Of a stretch of DNA of 64,000 nt, positions 26,138-35,015 are shown one piece after another. The position numbers and the translations under genes are program-made. This DNA comes from Candidatus Limnocylindrales bacterium (lineage in GTDB: Bacteria > Chloroflexota > Limnocylindria > Limnocylindrales > CSP1-4), in the NCBI GenBank assembly GCA_038319665.1, contig JBBQDL010000005.1, positions 6,223 through 70,222 on the forward strand, in the 5' to 3' direction. The number at the start of each line of letters is the position of its first letter. The first letter of the stretch is position 1. The notes under the pieces were generated by a model that worked only from the letters and a program-made list of their open reading frames with translations, was not told the DNA's origin and did not search any database.

Positions 26138-28173
26138 GCGGGCCAGCCGGCGGGCGGGCGGGCGCCGGCGCCCCGGGGGCTAGCGCGGGCGCGGGAGCGA
26201 CGGCCGGAGGGCCCGGCGGCGCGGCGATGCGTCGACCGCCGGCGCGCGGTTTCGGGGGCGGCGGTCCGTTCGGTGGCCCGGGGCTCCCGCCCGAGAAGCC
26301 CAAGAACTTCAACGGCTCGCTCCGACGCCTGCTCGGCACGCTCCGGCCGGAGGCGTCCCGGATCGTCATCGTGATCCTGCTCGCCGTCGTGAGCGTGGCG
26401 TGCAGCGTCGTCGGCCCGAAGATCCTCGGCAACGCCACCGACATCCTGTTCAACGGCGTCGTCGGGAAGCAGCTCCCGGCCGGCGTCACGCAGCAGCAGG
26501 TGGTCGACGGGCTGCGAGCCCGGGGTGACGTCCAGCAGGCCAACCTGATCGCCGGGATGCACCTCACGCCCGGCGTCGGCGTCGACTTCACCGCTCTGCG
26601 CAACGTCCTGCTCCTCGTCGCGACGGTCTACATCCTGAGCTCGATCTTCGCCTGGATGCAGTCCTACCTGATGACCGGTGTCTCCCAACGCACGGTCTAC
26701 CGGATGCGCCGGGACGTCGACGCCAAGCTGTCGCGGCTGCCGCTGAGCTATTTCGACAGCCACCCGCGGGGCGACACGCTGAGCCGCGTCACGAACGACA
26801 TCGACAACATCGCGACCTCGCTCCAGCAGAGCCTGACCCAGCTGATCACCTCGCTCTGCACGATCATCGGCGTCCTTGCCCTGATGCTCTGGATCAGTCC
26901 GATCCTGGCCGTGATCTCGCTATTGACCGTCCCGCTGTCCATCGGGGTCACGGTCTTCATCGCCAAGCGTTCCCAGCAGGAGTTCGCGCGCCAGTGGGCG
27001 CGGACCGGCACGCTCAACGGCCACGTCGAGGAGATGCACACGGGGCACAGCATCGTCAAGGCCTTCGGGCACGAGCGCGAGGCGATCGAGCAGTTCGACG
27101 AGCAGAACGAGCAGCTCTTCCAGGCGAGCTATCGGGCGCAGTTCCTGTCCGGGACGATCCAGCCCGCGATGCAGTTCATCGCCAACCTCAATTACGTCGC
27201 GATCTGCGTGATCGGCGGCATCCAGGTCGCGAACGGCCAGATGAGCCTCGGCGATGTCCAGGCGTTCGTCCAGTACTCGCGCCAGTTCACGATGCCGATC
27301 ACGCAGACGGCCAGCATCGCCAACGTCGTCCAGTCCGCGGTCGCCTCCGCGGAACGCGTCTTCGAGCTGATGGACGAGCCCGAAGAGTCGCCGGACGTCG
27401 TGTATGCCGCGATCCGGCCGCGCGTCCAGGGCAAGGTCGAGCTCGAGCACGTCTCGTTCCGCTACCTGCCCGACGTCCCGCTCATCGAGGACCTCGACCT
27501 TGTCGTCGAACCTGGCCAGACGGTGGCCATCGTCGGCCCGACCGGTGCCGGCAAGACGACCCTCGTCAACCTACTGATGCGCTTCTACGAGATCGACGAC
27601 GGCCGGATCGCGGTCGATGGGATCGATAGCCGCGAGATGTCGCGTGACGAGTTGCGCTCGACCTTCGGGATGGTCCTCCAGGACACGTGGCTGTTCCACG
27701 GCACGATCCGCGAGAACATCGCCTACGGGCGCGACGATGCCACCGAGGACGAGATCGTGGCGGCGGCCCAGGCCGCGCATGTCGACCATTTCGTACGGAC
27801 CCTGCCCGACGGCTACGACACCATCGTCGACGACGACGCGACGAGCGTCTCGCAGGGCGAGAAGCAGCTGCTCACCATCGCCCGCGCGTTCCTCGCCGAC
27901 CGCCGCATCCTGATCCTCGACGAGGCCACGAGTTCGGTCGACACGCGCACCGAGGTGTTGATCCAGCGCGCGATGGAGAAGCTGATGCTGGGCCGGACGA
28001 GCTTCGTCATCGCCCATCGCCTCTCGACCATCCGCGACGCCGACACGATCCTGGTCATGAACCAGGGCCGGATCGTGGAGCAGGGAACGCACGAGGCGCT
28101 CCTCGCCAAGCACGGCTTCTACTTCGACCTGTACGACAGCCAGTTCGCCGAACCGCTCCTCGCGGCGGGCTGA
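26134..28173 (+). CDS. ABC exporter, fused permease/ATP-binding subunit (half-transporter B) with a Gly/Ala/Pro-rich N-terminal extension
   Basis: Walker A is GPTGAGKTT, the signature is VSQGEKQLLTIARAF and Walker B is ILILDEATSSVD. A 4-nt overlap with the upstream half-transporter suggests a heterodimer. Confidence 0.9.
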   Translation: MSGPAGGRAGAGAPGASAGAGATAGGPGGAAMRRPPARGFGGGGPFGGPGLPPEKPKNFNGSLRRLLGTLRPEASRIVIVILLAVVSVACSVVGPKILGNATDILFNGVVGKQLPAGVTQQQVVDGLRARGDVQQANLIAGMHLTPGVGVDFTALRNVLLLVATVYILSSIFAWMQSYLMTGVSQRTVYRMRRDVDAKLSRLPLSYFDSHPRGDTLSRVTNDIDNIATSLQQSLTQLITSLCTIIGVLALMLWISPILAVISLLTVPLSIGVTVFIAKRSQQEFARQWARTGTLNGHVEEMHTGHSIVKAFGHEREAIEQFDEQNEQLFQASYRAQFLSGTIQPAMQFIANLNYVAICVIGGIQVANGQMSLGDVQAFVQYSRQFTMPITQTASIANVVQSAVASAERVFELMDEPEESPDVVYAAIRPRVQGKVELEHVSFRYLPDVPLIEDLDLVVEPGQTVAIVGPTGAGKTTLVNLLMRFYEIDDGRIAVDGIDSREMSRDELRSTFGMVLQDTWLFHGTIRENIAYGRDDATEDEIVAAAQAAHVDHFVRTLPDGYDTIVDDDATSVSQGEKQLLTIARAFLADRRILILDEATSSVDTRTEVLIQRAMEKLMLGRTSFVIAHRLSTIRDADTILVMNQGRIVEQGTHEALLAKHGFYFDLYDSQFAEPLLAAG

Positions 28174-28493
28174 CCGGATCGCCGACCGGGGGAGCCGTCC
28201 TGGGTCTTACAGTCCCCACTGACGGCTCGAAGGTCGTCGGGATGCCGACCGGCCCACCCCTCGAGCAGGATCGGTGCCCGACAGTCCCGATGATGGCTTG
28301 AACTATCCCTCTGAGCGGCGCCCGCATCAGTTCATCCATTCAGTGGGGCCTGGCAGGCACCGCGCTGCTCGGACGCGTCGCGAGTCGCGCTACCGGTGTA
28401 CAACACCGCTCGCCGCGCGATCCATGCACGCCTCGGCCCGAAGGCGCATCGTATCGAAGCCGTGAGGGCACGATCGTCGTGAGAGGAGGTCGG

Positions 28494-30128
28494 ATGGCGG
28501 TCAACGAACACGCCGGGCGACCGGCCGAGCCGTGGATGCTGGTCGATGTCGACCGCCTGATCCGTTCGTATTTCGAGATCCAGCCTGATCCGAAGGACCC
28601 CGCCCAGCGGGTCACATTCGGGACATCGGGTCATCGCGGTTCGGCGCTGAATGGCGCCTTCAACGAGGCGCACATCGCTGCCACGACCGAGGCGATCTGT
28701 CGCTACCGCGCGGGCCACGGGACGGACGGGCCGTTGTTCATCGGTCGCGACACGCACGCGCTGTCCGGACCGGCGTTCGATACGGCGCTCGAGGTCCTCG
28801 CGGCGCACGCCGTCGACATCCGGGTCGACGCCGCGAATGGCTACACGCCGACGCCGGTCATCTCGCACGCGATCCTCGTCCATAACCGCGTCCGCTACGA
28901 CCACCCGGCCGACGGGATCGTGGTGACGCCCTCCCACAACCCACCCGAGGACGGCGGGTTCAAGTACAACCCGCCCAACGGTGGCCCGGCCGACACCGAG
29001 GTCACCAGCTGGATCCAGGACGAGGCGAACCGGCTCCTCGAAGCCGACCTCGACGGCGTCCGACGCGTGCCGCTCGAGCAGGCGCGAGCGGGCACCACGC
29101 CCCATGACTACCTGACGAGCTACGTCGATGACCTCGCCGCCGTCATCGACATGGACGCCATCGCCGCGTCCGGGCTCCGACTCGGAGTCGATCCGCTGGG
29201 CGGCGCCAGCGTCGCCTACTGGCCGGCGATCGGGGCGCGCTACGGTCTCGACCTGACGGTCACCAACGAGGTCGTCGACCCGCAGTTCGCGTTCATGACC
29301 TGTGACTGGGACGGGCGGATCCGGATGGATCCCTCGTCGCCGTACGCGATGGCACGGCTGGTCGAGCTGCGCGACCGGTTCGATGTCGCCTTCGCCAACG
29401 ACACCGATGCGGACCGCCACGGGATCGTCACTTCGGGCGTGGGTCTCATGAACCCGAACCACTTCCTGTCGGTCGCCGTCGGGCACCTCTTCGGGGGTGG
29501 CCGCGAGTGGGGCCCTGACGTCGCGGTCGGCAAGACCCTGGTCTCCAGCGCGATGCTCGACCGGGTAGCGGCCGATCTCGGACGACGCCTGCTCGAGGTC
29601 CCGGTCGGGTTCAAGTGGTTCGTGCCAGGCCTTGTCGAGGGGAGCCTGGGGTTCGGTGGCGAGGAGAGTGCCGGAGCTTCGTTCCTGCGCCGCGACGGTA
29701 CGGTCTGGACGACCGACAAGGACGGGATCATCGCGTGCCTCCTGGCGGCCGAGCTGACCGCCAAGAGCGGACGCGATCCCGGCCTGGCGTACGAGGCCCT
29801 GACCGAGAGGTTCGGGGCGCCCGCGTATCGTCGGATCGACGCACCGGCGACGCCCGCCCAGAAAGCCGTCCTGGCCAGGCTGTCACCGGAACAGGTGTCC
29901 GCGACCGATCTCGCCGGCGAGCCCGTGACCGAGATCCTCACGACCGCACCAGGCAATGGCGCGCCGATCGGCGGGGTCAAGGTCATGACCGAGCACGGCT
30001 GGTTCGCGGCACGGCCGTCCGGGACGGAGAACATCTACAAGATCTACGCGGAAAGCTTCCTCGGCGAAGACCATCTCGAGCGGATCATCGAGGAGGCACA
30101 GGCCGTGGTCGGGAGGGCACTGGGATGA
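28494..30128 (+). CDS. pgm: phosphoglucomutase, alpha-D-glucose-phosphate-specific
   Basis: The active-site region reads [10 protein letters not shown] and [15 protein letters not shown] (catalytic Ser loop), followed by GVDPLGGA and [23 protein letters not shown] precedes ATG 28494. Confidence 0.9.
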   Translation: MAVNEHAGRPAEPWMLVDVDRLIRSYFEIQPDPKDPAQRVTFGTSGHRGSALNGAFNEAHIAATTEAICRYRAGHGTDGPLFIGRDTHALSGPAFDTALEVLAAHAVDIRVDAANGYTPTPVISHAILVHNRVRYDHPADGIVVTPSHNPPEDGGFKYNPPNGGPADTEVTSWIQDEANRLLEADLDGVRRVPLEQARAGTTPHDYLTSYVDDLAAVIDMDAIAASGLRLGVDPLGGASVAYWPAIGARYGLDLTVTNEVVDPQFAFMTCDWDGRIRMDPSSPYAMARLVELRDRFDVAFANDTDADRHGIVTSGVGLMNPNHFLSVAVGHLFGGGREWGPDVAVGKTLVSSAMLDRVAADLGRRLLEVPVGFKWFVPGLVEGSLGFGGEESAGASFLRRDGTVWTTDKDGIIACLLAAELTAKSGRDPGLAYEALTERFGAPAYRRIDAPATPAQKAVLARLSPEQVSATDLAGEPVTEILTTAPGNGAPIGGVKVMTEHGWFAARPSGTENIYKIYAESFLGEDHLERIIEEAQAVVGRALG

Positions 30129-30751
30129 CGCACGAGCACGAACACGACGACTCGCACGACCATGCGCATGAGCACGAACACCAACACGAATCCGGCTACG
30201 TGGACGCGGTCGAGGAGGAGCGGGCGCGCAAGGACGCCTGGTTCAAGTCATCCCATTCCAGCCCGCTCCCCCACGAAGCGCGTCACGCCTTCACCGGGCT
30301 CCCCTATTTCCCGGTCGATCGGTCGCTCCGGTTCGAGGAGCTCACGCTCGAGCCATACGCCGGCGACCAGCCCTCGGCGTTCCAGATCCCGACTTCGGAT
30401 GGCCAGCTCCGGCCGGCACACCGAGCCGGGACGTTCACCTTCGACCGCGAGGGCGAGCCGCGACGGCTGACCGCCTACGTCCTCGACGGTGGCTCGTCCG
30501 ATTCGCTGTTCGTCCCGTTCCTCGACGCGACGAGCGCCCACGAGACGTACGGTGCGGGCCGCTACCTAGACCTCGAGGCGGAACCGGACGGCACATATGT
30601 CATCGACTTCAACGTCGCGTATCACCCGTACTGCGTCTACGACGACCACTTTTCGTGCCCGTTGACGCCGGCCGAGAACCGCCTCCCCATCAGGATCGAG
30701 GCCGGCGAACGGCTTCTGGAGGAGGCCGCAACGGCCCACGACGGCGCGTGA
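30125..30751 (+). CDS. DUF1684-domain protein with a His-rich N-terminus
   Basis: ATG 30125 overlaps the pgm stop (ATGA). [22 protein letters not shown] is followed by [17 protein letters not shown]...GLPYFPVD...[30 protein letters not shown], which is typical of DUF1684. Confidence 0.75.
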   Translation: MTHEHEHDDSHDHAHEHEHQHESGYVDAVEEERARKDAWFKSSHSSPLPHEARHAFTGLPYFPVDRSLRFEELTLEPYAGDQPSAFQIPTSDGQLRPAHRAGTFTFDREGEPRRLTAYVLDGGSSDSLFVPFLDATSAHETYGAGRYLDLEAEPDGTYVIDFNVAYHPYCVYDDHFSCPLTPAENRLPIRIEAGERLLEEAATAHDGA

Positions 30752-30989
30752 GCTTGCCCGGGTCGGTGCTGGGTTCCCATTCATGCTCCGGGCGACCGGT
30801 ATCTCGCCGAATCGGACCTGGCGTCGGCTCCGAACGCGAATCGGGCCGGAGTCGTCCCCATTCGGTCACATGGCGCGGGTACGGCGCCGCCCGAGGAGAT
30901 CGCGCGCGCTAGCGTGCACGCGGCGCACGTATAGGAGATCCGCCCGGATCGCGGCAAGGAGGACGCTGAGGCCGTTCACGCTCAGATCG

Positions 30990-31019
30990 GTGCGTTCCCG
31001 TGCGGTCCGGTGCGGTCCG
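30990..31019. repeat. three tandem 10-bp direct repeats (GTGCGTTCCC GTGCGGTCCG GTGCGGTCCG), with a degenerate fourth copy to about 31030
   Basis: Read directly from the sequence. The period equals one helical turn. The repeats lie 27-70 nt upstream of the candidate csp -10 element. Confidence 0.7.
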
Positions 31020-31053
31020 CGCGAGTCCGCAAGACGGTCTTGACGCCGATCCG

Positions 31054-31062
31054 TGGTAGGAT
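31054..31062 (+). promoter_or_regulatory. candidate extended -10 promoter element (TGGTAGGAT) for the cold-shock gene
   Basis: A TGn motif plus TAGGAT lies about 100 nt upstream of the csp start, which would give a long 5' UTR as is typical of csp genes. No good -35 is present. Confidence 0.3.
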
Positions 31063-31164
31063 GCCCTGTCGTTACCTCTCGTGACGATGCTCCGCGTGGT
31101 CACCTCTCTTCTCGAACGGACCGTGCGATCTGCGATCCCCCGTTCGGGGAGTGTGGAGGTCAAT

Positions 31165-31368
31165 GTGGCCACCGGTACCATCAAGAAGGTCGTCGCCGAT
31201 CGCGGCTTCGGCTTCATCGCCGCCGAGGATGAGAAGGAATACTTCTTCCATCGTGGCGGTCTCGACTCCTCGCTCGACTTCGACCGCCTTCAGGGCGGCG
31301 AGCGCGTCGAGTTCGACGTCGAGCAGAGCCCCAAGGGTCCGCGCGCCGCACACGTGCGCGCCGCCTAA
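31165..31368 (+). CDS. cold-shock protein (CspA family, 67 aa)
   Basis: VATGTIKKVVADRGFGFIAAEDEKEYFFHRGG contains the RNP1 motif (GFGFI) and an RNP2-like motif (YFFH). GTG 31165 lies 5 nt after the GGAGG RBS at 31155-31159. Confidence 0.9.
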   Translation: MATGTIKKVVADRGFGFIAAEDEKEYFFHRGGLDSSLDFDRLQGGERVEFDVEQSPKGPRAAHVRAA

Positions 31369-31383
31369 AGCTCGAATCAAGAA

Positions 31384-31412
31384 CGGGTCGCCCACCGGGC
31401 GACCCGTTTTTT
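31384..31412 (+). terminator. rho-independent terminator after csp (9-10 bp GC stem plus T6)
   Basis: CGGGTCGCC(C)-ACC-(G)GGCGACCCG is followed by TTTTTT. It lies between the convergent csp and mttB-family genes. The opposite strand has a weaker T-rich tail (TTCTTGATT). Confidence 0.8.
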
Positions 31413-31427
31413 CATGCCCGGAACCGG

Positions 31428-32993
31428 TCAGCCGCCGCTCGCGATCTCACGCTTGCGCCGCGCCACGAACGCGTCGAGCGCCTCGAGCACCGGCGGATCG
31501 AGTGCCGGCGGCGTGGCCTCCGCCAACAACCGCTTCCAGATCGTGTTGGCTCGCTGCGTCGCGGTCCGAGCCCCGTCCGCCTCCCACGTCTCGAAGTTGC
31601 GCCAATCGGAGACAAGCGGCCGGTAGAACGCGGTCTCGTAGCGCTCGAGCGTGTGCGCGGTCCCGAAGAAGTGCCCGCCGGTACCGACATCCACCATCGC
31701 CTCGAAGCCGAGGCTGGCCTCGTCGACGGGGAGCGGCTGGAGGACCTCGGACATCATCTGCAGGATCTCCGCATCGATGAGGAGCTTCTCGAACGAGGCG
31801 GTCAGCCCGCCCTCCAGCCAGCCCGCGCCCTGGTAGAGCAGGTTGGCCCCGCCCATCACCGCACCCCAGACGGCCATCTCCGATTCGTAGGCGGCCTGGG
31901 CGTCGACCACGTTCGAGGCGGTCGTGTTCGACGAGCGCCACGGCACCCCGTACCGGCGGGCCAGCTGGCCGCTGGCCAGGGCGCCCTTGACCGACTCGGG
32001 GGTCCCGAACGCCGGCGCCCCAGTGCGCATGTCGACATTCGAGGTGAAGGCACCATAGATCATCGGCGCGCCGGGCCGGACGATCTGCGAGAGCGCGATC
32101 AGGAAGAGGGCTTCCGCGTTCTGCTGGGCGAGGGCGCCCGCCAGTGAGACCGGGCTCATGGCTCCCGCGAGCGTGAACGGGGTGGCCACGACCGGCTGAC
32201 CGTGGAGCGCCATCTCCATCAGCCCGTCGCCCATCGGGCCGTCGAGGCGGAGCGGCGAGTTGGTGTTGATGACGGTCATCAGCGAGGGTTCGCGGAGCAG
32301 GTCGTCGCGCGTGACACCCCGGATCAGGCAGGCCACTTCGAGGGCGTCCTGGACCGGCCGGGCACCGAAACCCAGGCACTGCCAGGTCTTGTCGAGCTCG
32401 ACCGCGAAGGTCCGGTACATGTCGAGGTGGCGTGTCTCGACCGGGAGGTCGTTCGGTTCGAGCGGACCGCCGCCCTCCTGGTGGATGATATCGAGGGCGC
32501 CGATGAGCCGGACGTAATCGACGAAGTCGGCGAAGTTCCCGGCCCGCCGGCCACGATCGAGGTCGCTGACGAAGGCCGGCCCGCCGACCGCACCGAAGAC
32601 GAGGTGCGACCCGCCAAACCGGACATTCCGGTCGGGATTCCGGGCGCAGAGGTCGAATTCGGACGGCGCGGTCGCGATGAGCGCCTCAACCTGGCCGGGA
32701 TCGAGCCGGACACGGCGGCTCGAGCGGTCCACGGTCGCGCCGGTCCCGGCGAAGGCATCGAGCACCCGGTCGCCGAGGACCTCGATGCCGATCTCGGCGA
32801 GGATCCGAAGCGAGGCAAGGTGGATCGCCTCGACCTGGTCGGCCGACAGGATCTCGACCGGTCGGAGCGGGTTGACCAGCCGGCGCCAGGGAAGCTGCGC
32901 CAGGCCCGGGGCGGCGCGACGCGGGCGGCGCCGTGGACCCTCGTGCGGCGCACTCGGCGCGGTGGGCTCGGAAGTGTCGTGCGGCGGTGCCAT
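31428..32993 (-). CDS. MttB-family (trimethylamine methyltransferase superfamily) protein, non-pyrrolysine type
   Basis: LSADQVEAIHLASLRILAEIGIEV...VINTNSPLRLDGPM...ATPFTLAGAMSPVSLAGALAQQNAEAL...YGAFTSNVDMRTGAPAFGTPE is the MttB TIM-barrel signature. The 521-codon ORF has no internal TAG. Confidence 0.85.
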   Translation of the reverse strand: MAPPHDTSEPTAPSAPHEGPRRRPRRAAPGLAQLPWRRLVNPLRPVEILSADQVEAIHLASLRILAEIGIEVLGDRVLDAFAGTGATVDRSSRRVRLDPGQVEALIATAPSEFDLCARNPDRNVRFGGSHLVFGAVGGPAFVSDLDRGRRAGNFADFVDYVRLIGALDIIHQEGGGPLEPNDLPVETRHLDMYRTFAVELDKTWQCLGFGARPVQDALEVACLIRGVTRDDLLREPSLMTVINTNSPLRLDGPMGDGLMEMALHGQPVVATPFTLAGAMSPVSLAGALAQQNAEALFLIALSQIVRPGAPMIYGAFTSNVDMRTGAPAFGTPESVKGALASGQLARRYGVPWRSSNTTASNVVDAQAAYESEMAVWGAVMGGANLLYQGAGWLEGGLTASFEKLLIDAEILQMMSEVLQPLPVDEASLGFEAMVDVGTGGHFFGTAHTLERYETAFYRPLVSDWRNFETWEADGARTATQRANTIWKRLLAEATPPALDPPVLEALDAFVARRKREIASGG

Positions 32994-33155
32994 GACGCGA
33001 TGCTACGGCCCGCCGCGCGCCGCATGCGAGGCGTCCTGCTGGGCGCTGCGTCGGGGGTCGCCGTCTCTCATGGACGTCTCAGACAGCCGGCGCCAAATAC
33101 GGAGTCGGGCGCCGGGCATGTGGCGCCACAAGGCGACCCGTCACGGGAGACGTTC

Positions 33156-34337
33156 ATGAGAGTCAAGATCCTCGCCATCGTCGTCATGGGCGTCGTCGGC
33201 GTCGGGGCTGCGTTCGTGGCGGTCGGCGGACTGCCAGCCAGCGCCGCCAGCACGACTCGATACCTGACCGGGGCGGTCGCCACCGGCGACGTCACCAACG
33301 ACGTGGCCGCCACCGGCAGCGTGGCCTCGAGCGCCTCGTACGGCGTGTCGTTCGGTGCTCCGGCCCATCTCGCGGGCGCCACCGCGGCCACCGGCTCGGG
33401 CTCCGGCTCCACGACGTGGCGGGTCTCGACACTCAAGGTCAAGGTCGGCGACACGGTCAAGAAGGCCGCGGTCCTCGCGACAGCCGACACGACCGACCTC
33501 AAGCGCCAGCTCACCGATGCGGCCGCCTCGGTCAACAGTTCCAAGATCCAGCTGGCGAACGCGAATGACGCGCTGACGGCCGCCACGACGACCGCGGCCA
33601 CGCGCCAGGCCAGGCTGAGTGTCTACAGCGCCACGACGCAGCTGTCCGACGCTCGCAAGACGTACAACGACCTGGCGACCCAGATCAAGCTCGCGATCGT
33701 GACCGCCCCGATCGACGGCGTCGTCACCGCGGTGAACGTCGTGGCCGGTCTCGATGCGCCGTCGGGCGACGCCATGGTCATCGATGCGACGACCTACCAG
33801 GTGACGGCCGACGTCGTCGAGAGCGACCTCGCGTCGTTGGCAGTCGGCCAGGCGGCGACCGTCTCGATCATCGCCATCGGCGCCTCGGTCGACGGCAAGG
33901 TCAACGCGATCGCCCCGACCACGACGGGCAGCACGACCGGCACCGTCGTCTCCTATCCGGTCACGGTCACATTGACCAACGTCCCGCCGACGGTCCGGGC
34001 CGGGATGACCGCCAACGTCACGATCACCGTCGCGAGCGCTACGAACGTCACGACCATCCCGGCCGCTGCCCTGCGCGGGACGACCGGCAACTACACGGTC
34101 CTCATCCTCGCGGCGGATGGCACGCCCACGGCTCAGCCCGTGCAGGTCGGTCTCGTGACGAACACAACGGCCGAGATCAAGAGCGGGCTCGCGGTCGGCC
34201 AACAGGTCGTCACCGGGGTCAACACCCCCCAGACCGGCGCGACCACGACGAACGGCGGTGGCGGGTTCGGCGGCGGCCTCGGTGTCCCGATCACCGGCGG
34301 CGGCCGTCGCGGCACCGGTACCGGGAACGGGAACTAG
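33156..34337 (+). CDS. efflux periplasmic adaptor (HlyD/MacA-like membrane-fusion protein) with a Gly-rich C-terminal tail
   Basis: ATG 33156 (MRVKILAIVVMGVVG, a TM anchor) is followed by a lipoyl-like segment VKVGDTVKKAAVLATAD, a coiled coil, and APIDGVVTAVNVVAG. The upstream 318 codons of the track ORF are antisense to mttB and junk-like. Confidence 0.8.
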   Translation: MRVKILAIVVMGVVGVGAAFVAVGGLPASAASTTRYLTGAVATGDVTNDVAATGSVASSASYGVSFGAPAHLAGATAATGSGSGSTTWRVSTLKVKVGDTVKKAAVLATADTTDLKRQLTDAAASVNSSKIQLANANDALTAATTTAATRQARLSVYSATTQLSDARKTYNDLATQIKLAIVTAPIDGVVTAVNVVAGLDAPSGDAMVIDATTYQVTADVVESDLASLAVGQAATVSIIAIGASVDGKVNAIAPTTTGSTTGTVVSYPVTVTLTNVPPTVRAGMTANVTITVASATNVTTIPAAALRGTTGNYTVLILAADGTPTAQPVQVGLVTNTTAEIKSGLAVGQQVVTGVNTPQTGATTTNGGGGFGGGLGVPITGGGRRGTGTGNGN

Positions 34338-34340
34338 GCC

Positions 34341-35015
34341 GTGACCGAGGCGATCATCTCCCTCGATCACATCAGCCGGGTCTACGACATGGGCCGCATG
34401 CAGGTACCGGCCCTGGCCGACGTCAGCCTCGAGGTCCACCCAGGCGAGTTCGTGGCGATCGTCGGCCCGTCCGGTTCAGGCAAGACGACGATGATGAATA
34501 TCCTCGGTTGCCTCGATCGCCCGACAAGCGGCCGCTACAGCCTGGCCGGCACGGCCGTCGCCGAGCTCGATGACGACGGCCTGGCCAAGGTCCGCAGCCG
34601 GAGCATCGGCTTCGTCTTCCAGTCGTACAACCTCCTGCCGCGGACGACCGCGCTTGACAACGTGGCCACCCCGCTCCTCTACCAGGGCGTCTCGCGGCGC
34701 GACCGTGCGGCAAGGGCAAAGGCCGCGTTGGAACGGCTCGGGATGGGCGATCGCCTCGACCACGAGCCGACCGAGCTGTCCGGCGGCCAGCAACAGCGGG
34801 TGGCCGTCGCCCGGGCGCTCGTCACCGAGCCGGCGCTCATCCTCGCCGACGAACCGACCGGCAACCTCGACAGCCACGCCGGTGCCGAAGTGATGGCACT
34901 CCTCCACGAGCTCAACGCCGCGGGCCGAACGATCGTGCTCATCACCCACGACCCCGAGATCGCGGCCACAGCCAACCGCCAGGTCCACCTGCGCGACGGG
35001 CGCGTCGTCTCATGA
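34341..35015 (+). CDS. ABC transporter ATP-binding protein (MacB/LolD-type)
   Basis: Motifs present are GPSGSGKTT, FVFQSYNLLP, LSGGQQQRVAVARAL, ILADEPTGNLD and LITHD. Confidence 0.9.
   Translation: MTEAIISLDHISRVYDMGRMQVPALADVSLEVHPGEFVAIVGPSGSGKTTMMNILGCLDRPTSGRYSLAGTAVAELDDDGLAKVRSRSIGFVFQSYNLLPRTTALDNVATPLLYQGVSRRDRAARAKAALERLGMGDRLDHEPTELSGGQQQRVAVARALVTEPALILADEPTGNLDSHAGAEVMALLHELNAAGRTIVLITHDPEIAATANRQVHLRDGRVVS

Noticed and set aside
26134-26340. A highly repetitive GC-rich stretch (GGCGGGCGGGCGCCGGCGCC...) at the start of the second ABC gene, considered as a possible non-coding repeat.
   Set aside because: It is in frame and encodes a Gly/Ala/Pro-rich cytoplasmic N-terminal extension (MSGPAGGRAGAGAPGASAGAG...GFGGGGPFGGPG) that leads directly into the conserved TM domain. 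It is low-complexity coding sequence, not a separate element.
28174-28493. The 320-nt untranslated region upstream of pgm, considered as a possible riboswitch or ncRNA.
   Set aside because: I could not recognise any known riboswitch core or a convincing conserved-looking structure by eye. The question is open but unsupported, and an Infernal/Rfam scan would settle it.
29615-30124. An upstream extension of the DUF1684 ORF that overlaps pgm.
   Set aside because: It lies out of frame inside the well-supported pgm gene and is Arg-rich. ATG 30125, overlapping the pgm stop, is the natural start.
32202-33155. The N-terminal 318 codons of track ORF 32202..34337, which would give a 711-aa adaptor protein.
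   Set aside because: This part is antisense to the MttB gene and has junk composition. A TM-anchored adaptor start (MRVKILAIVV) with an RBS is present at 33156.
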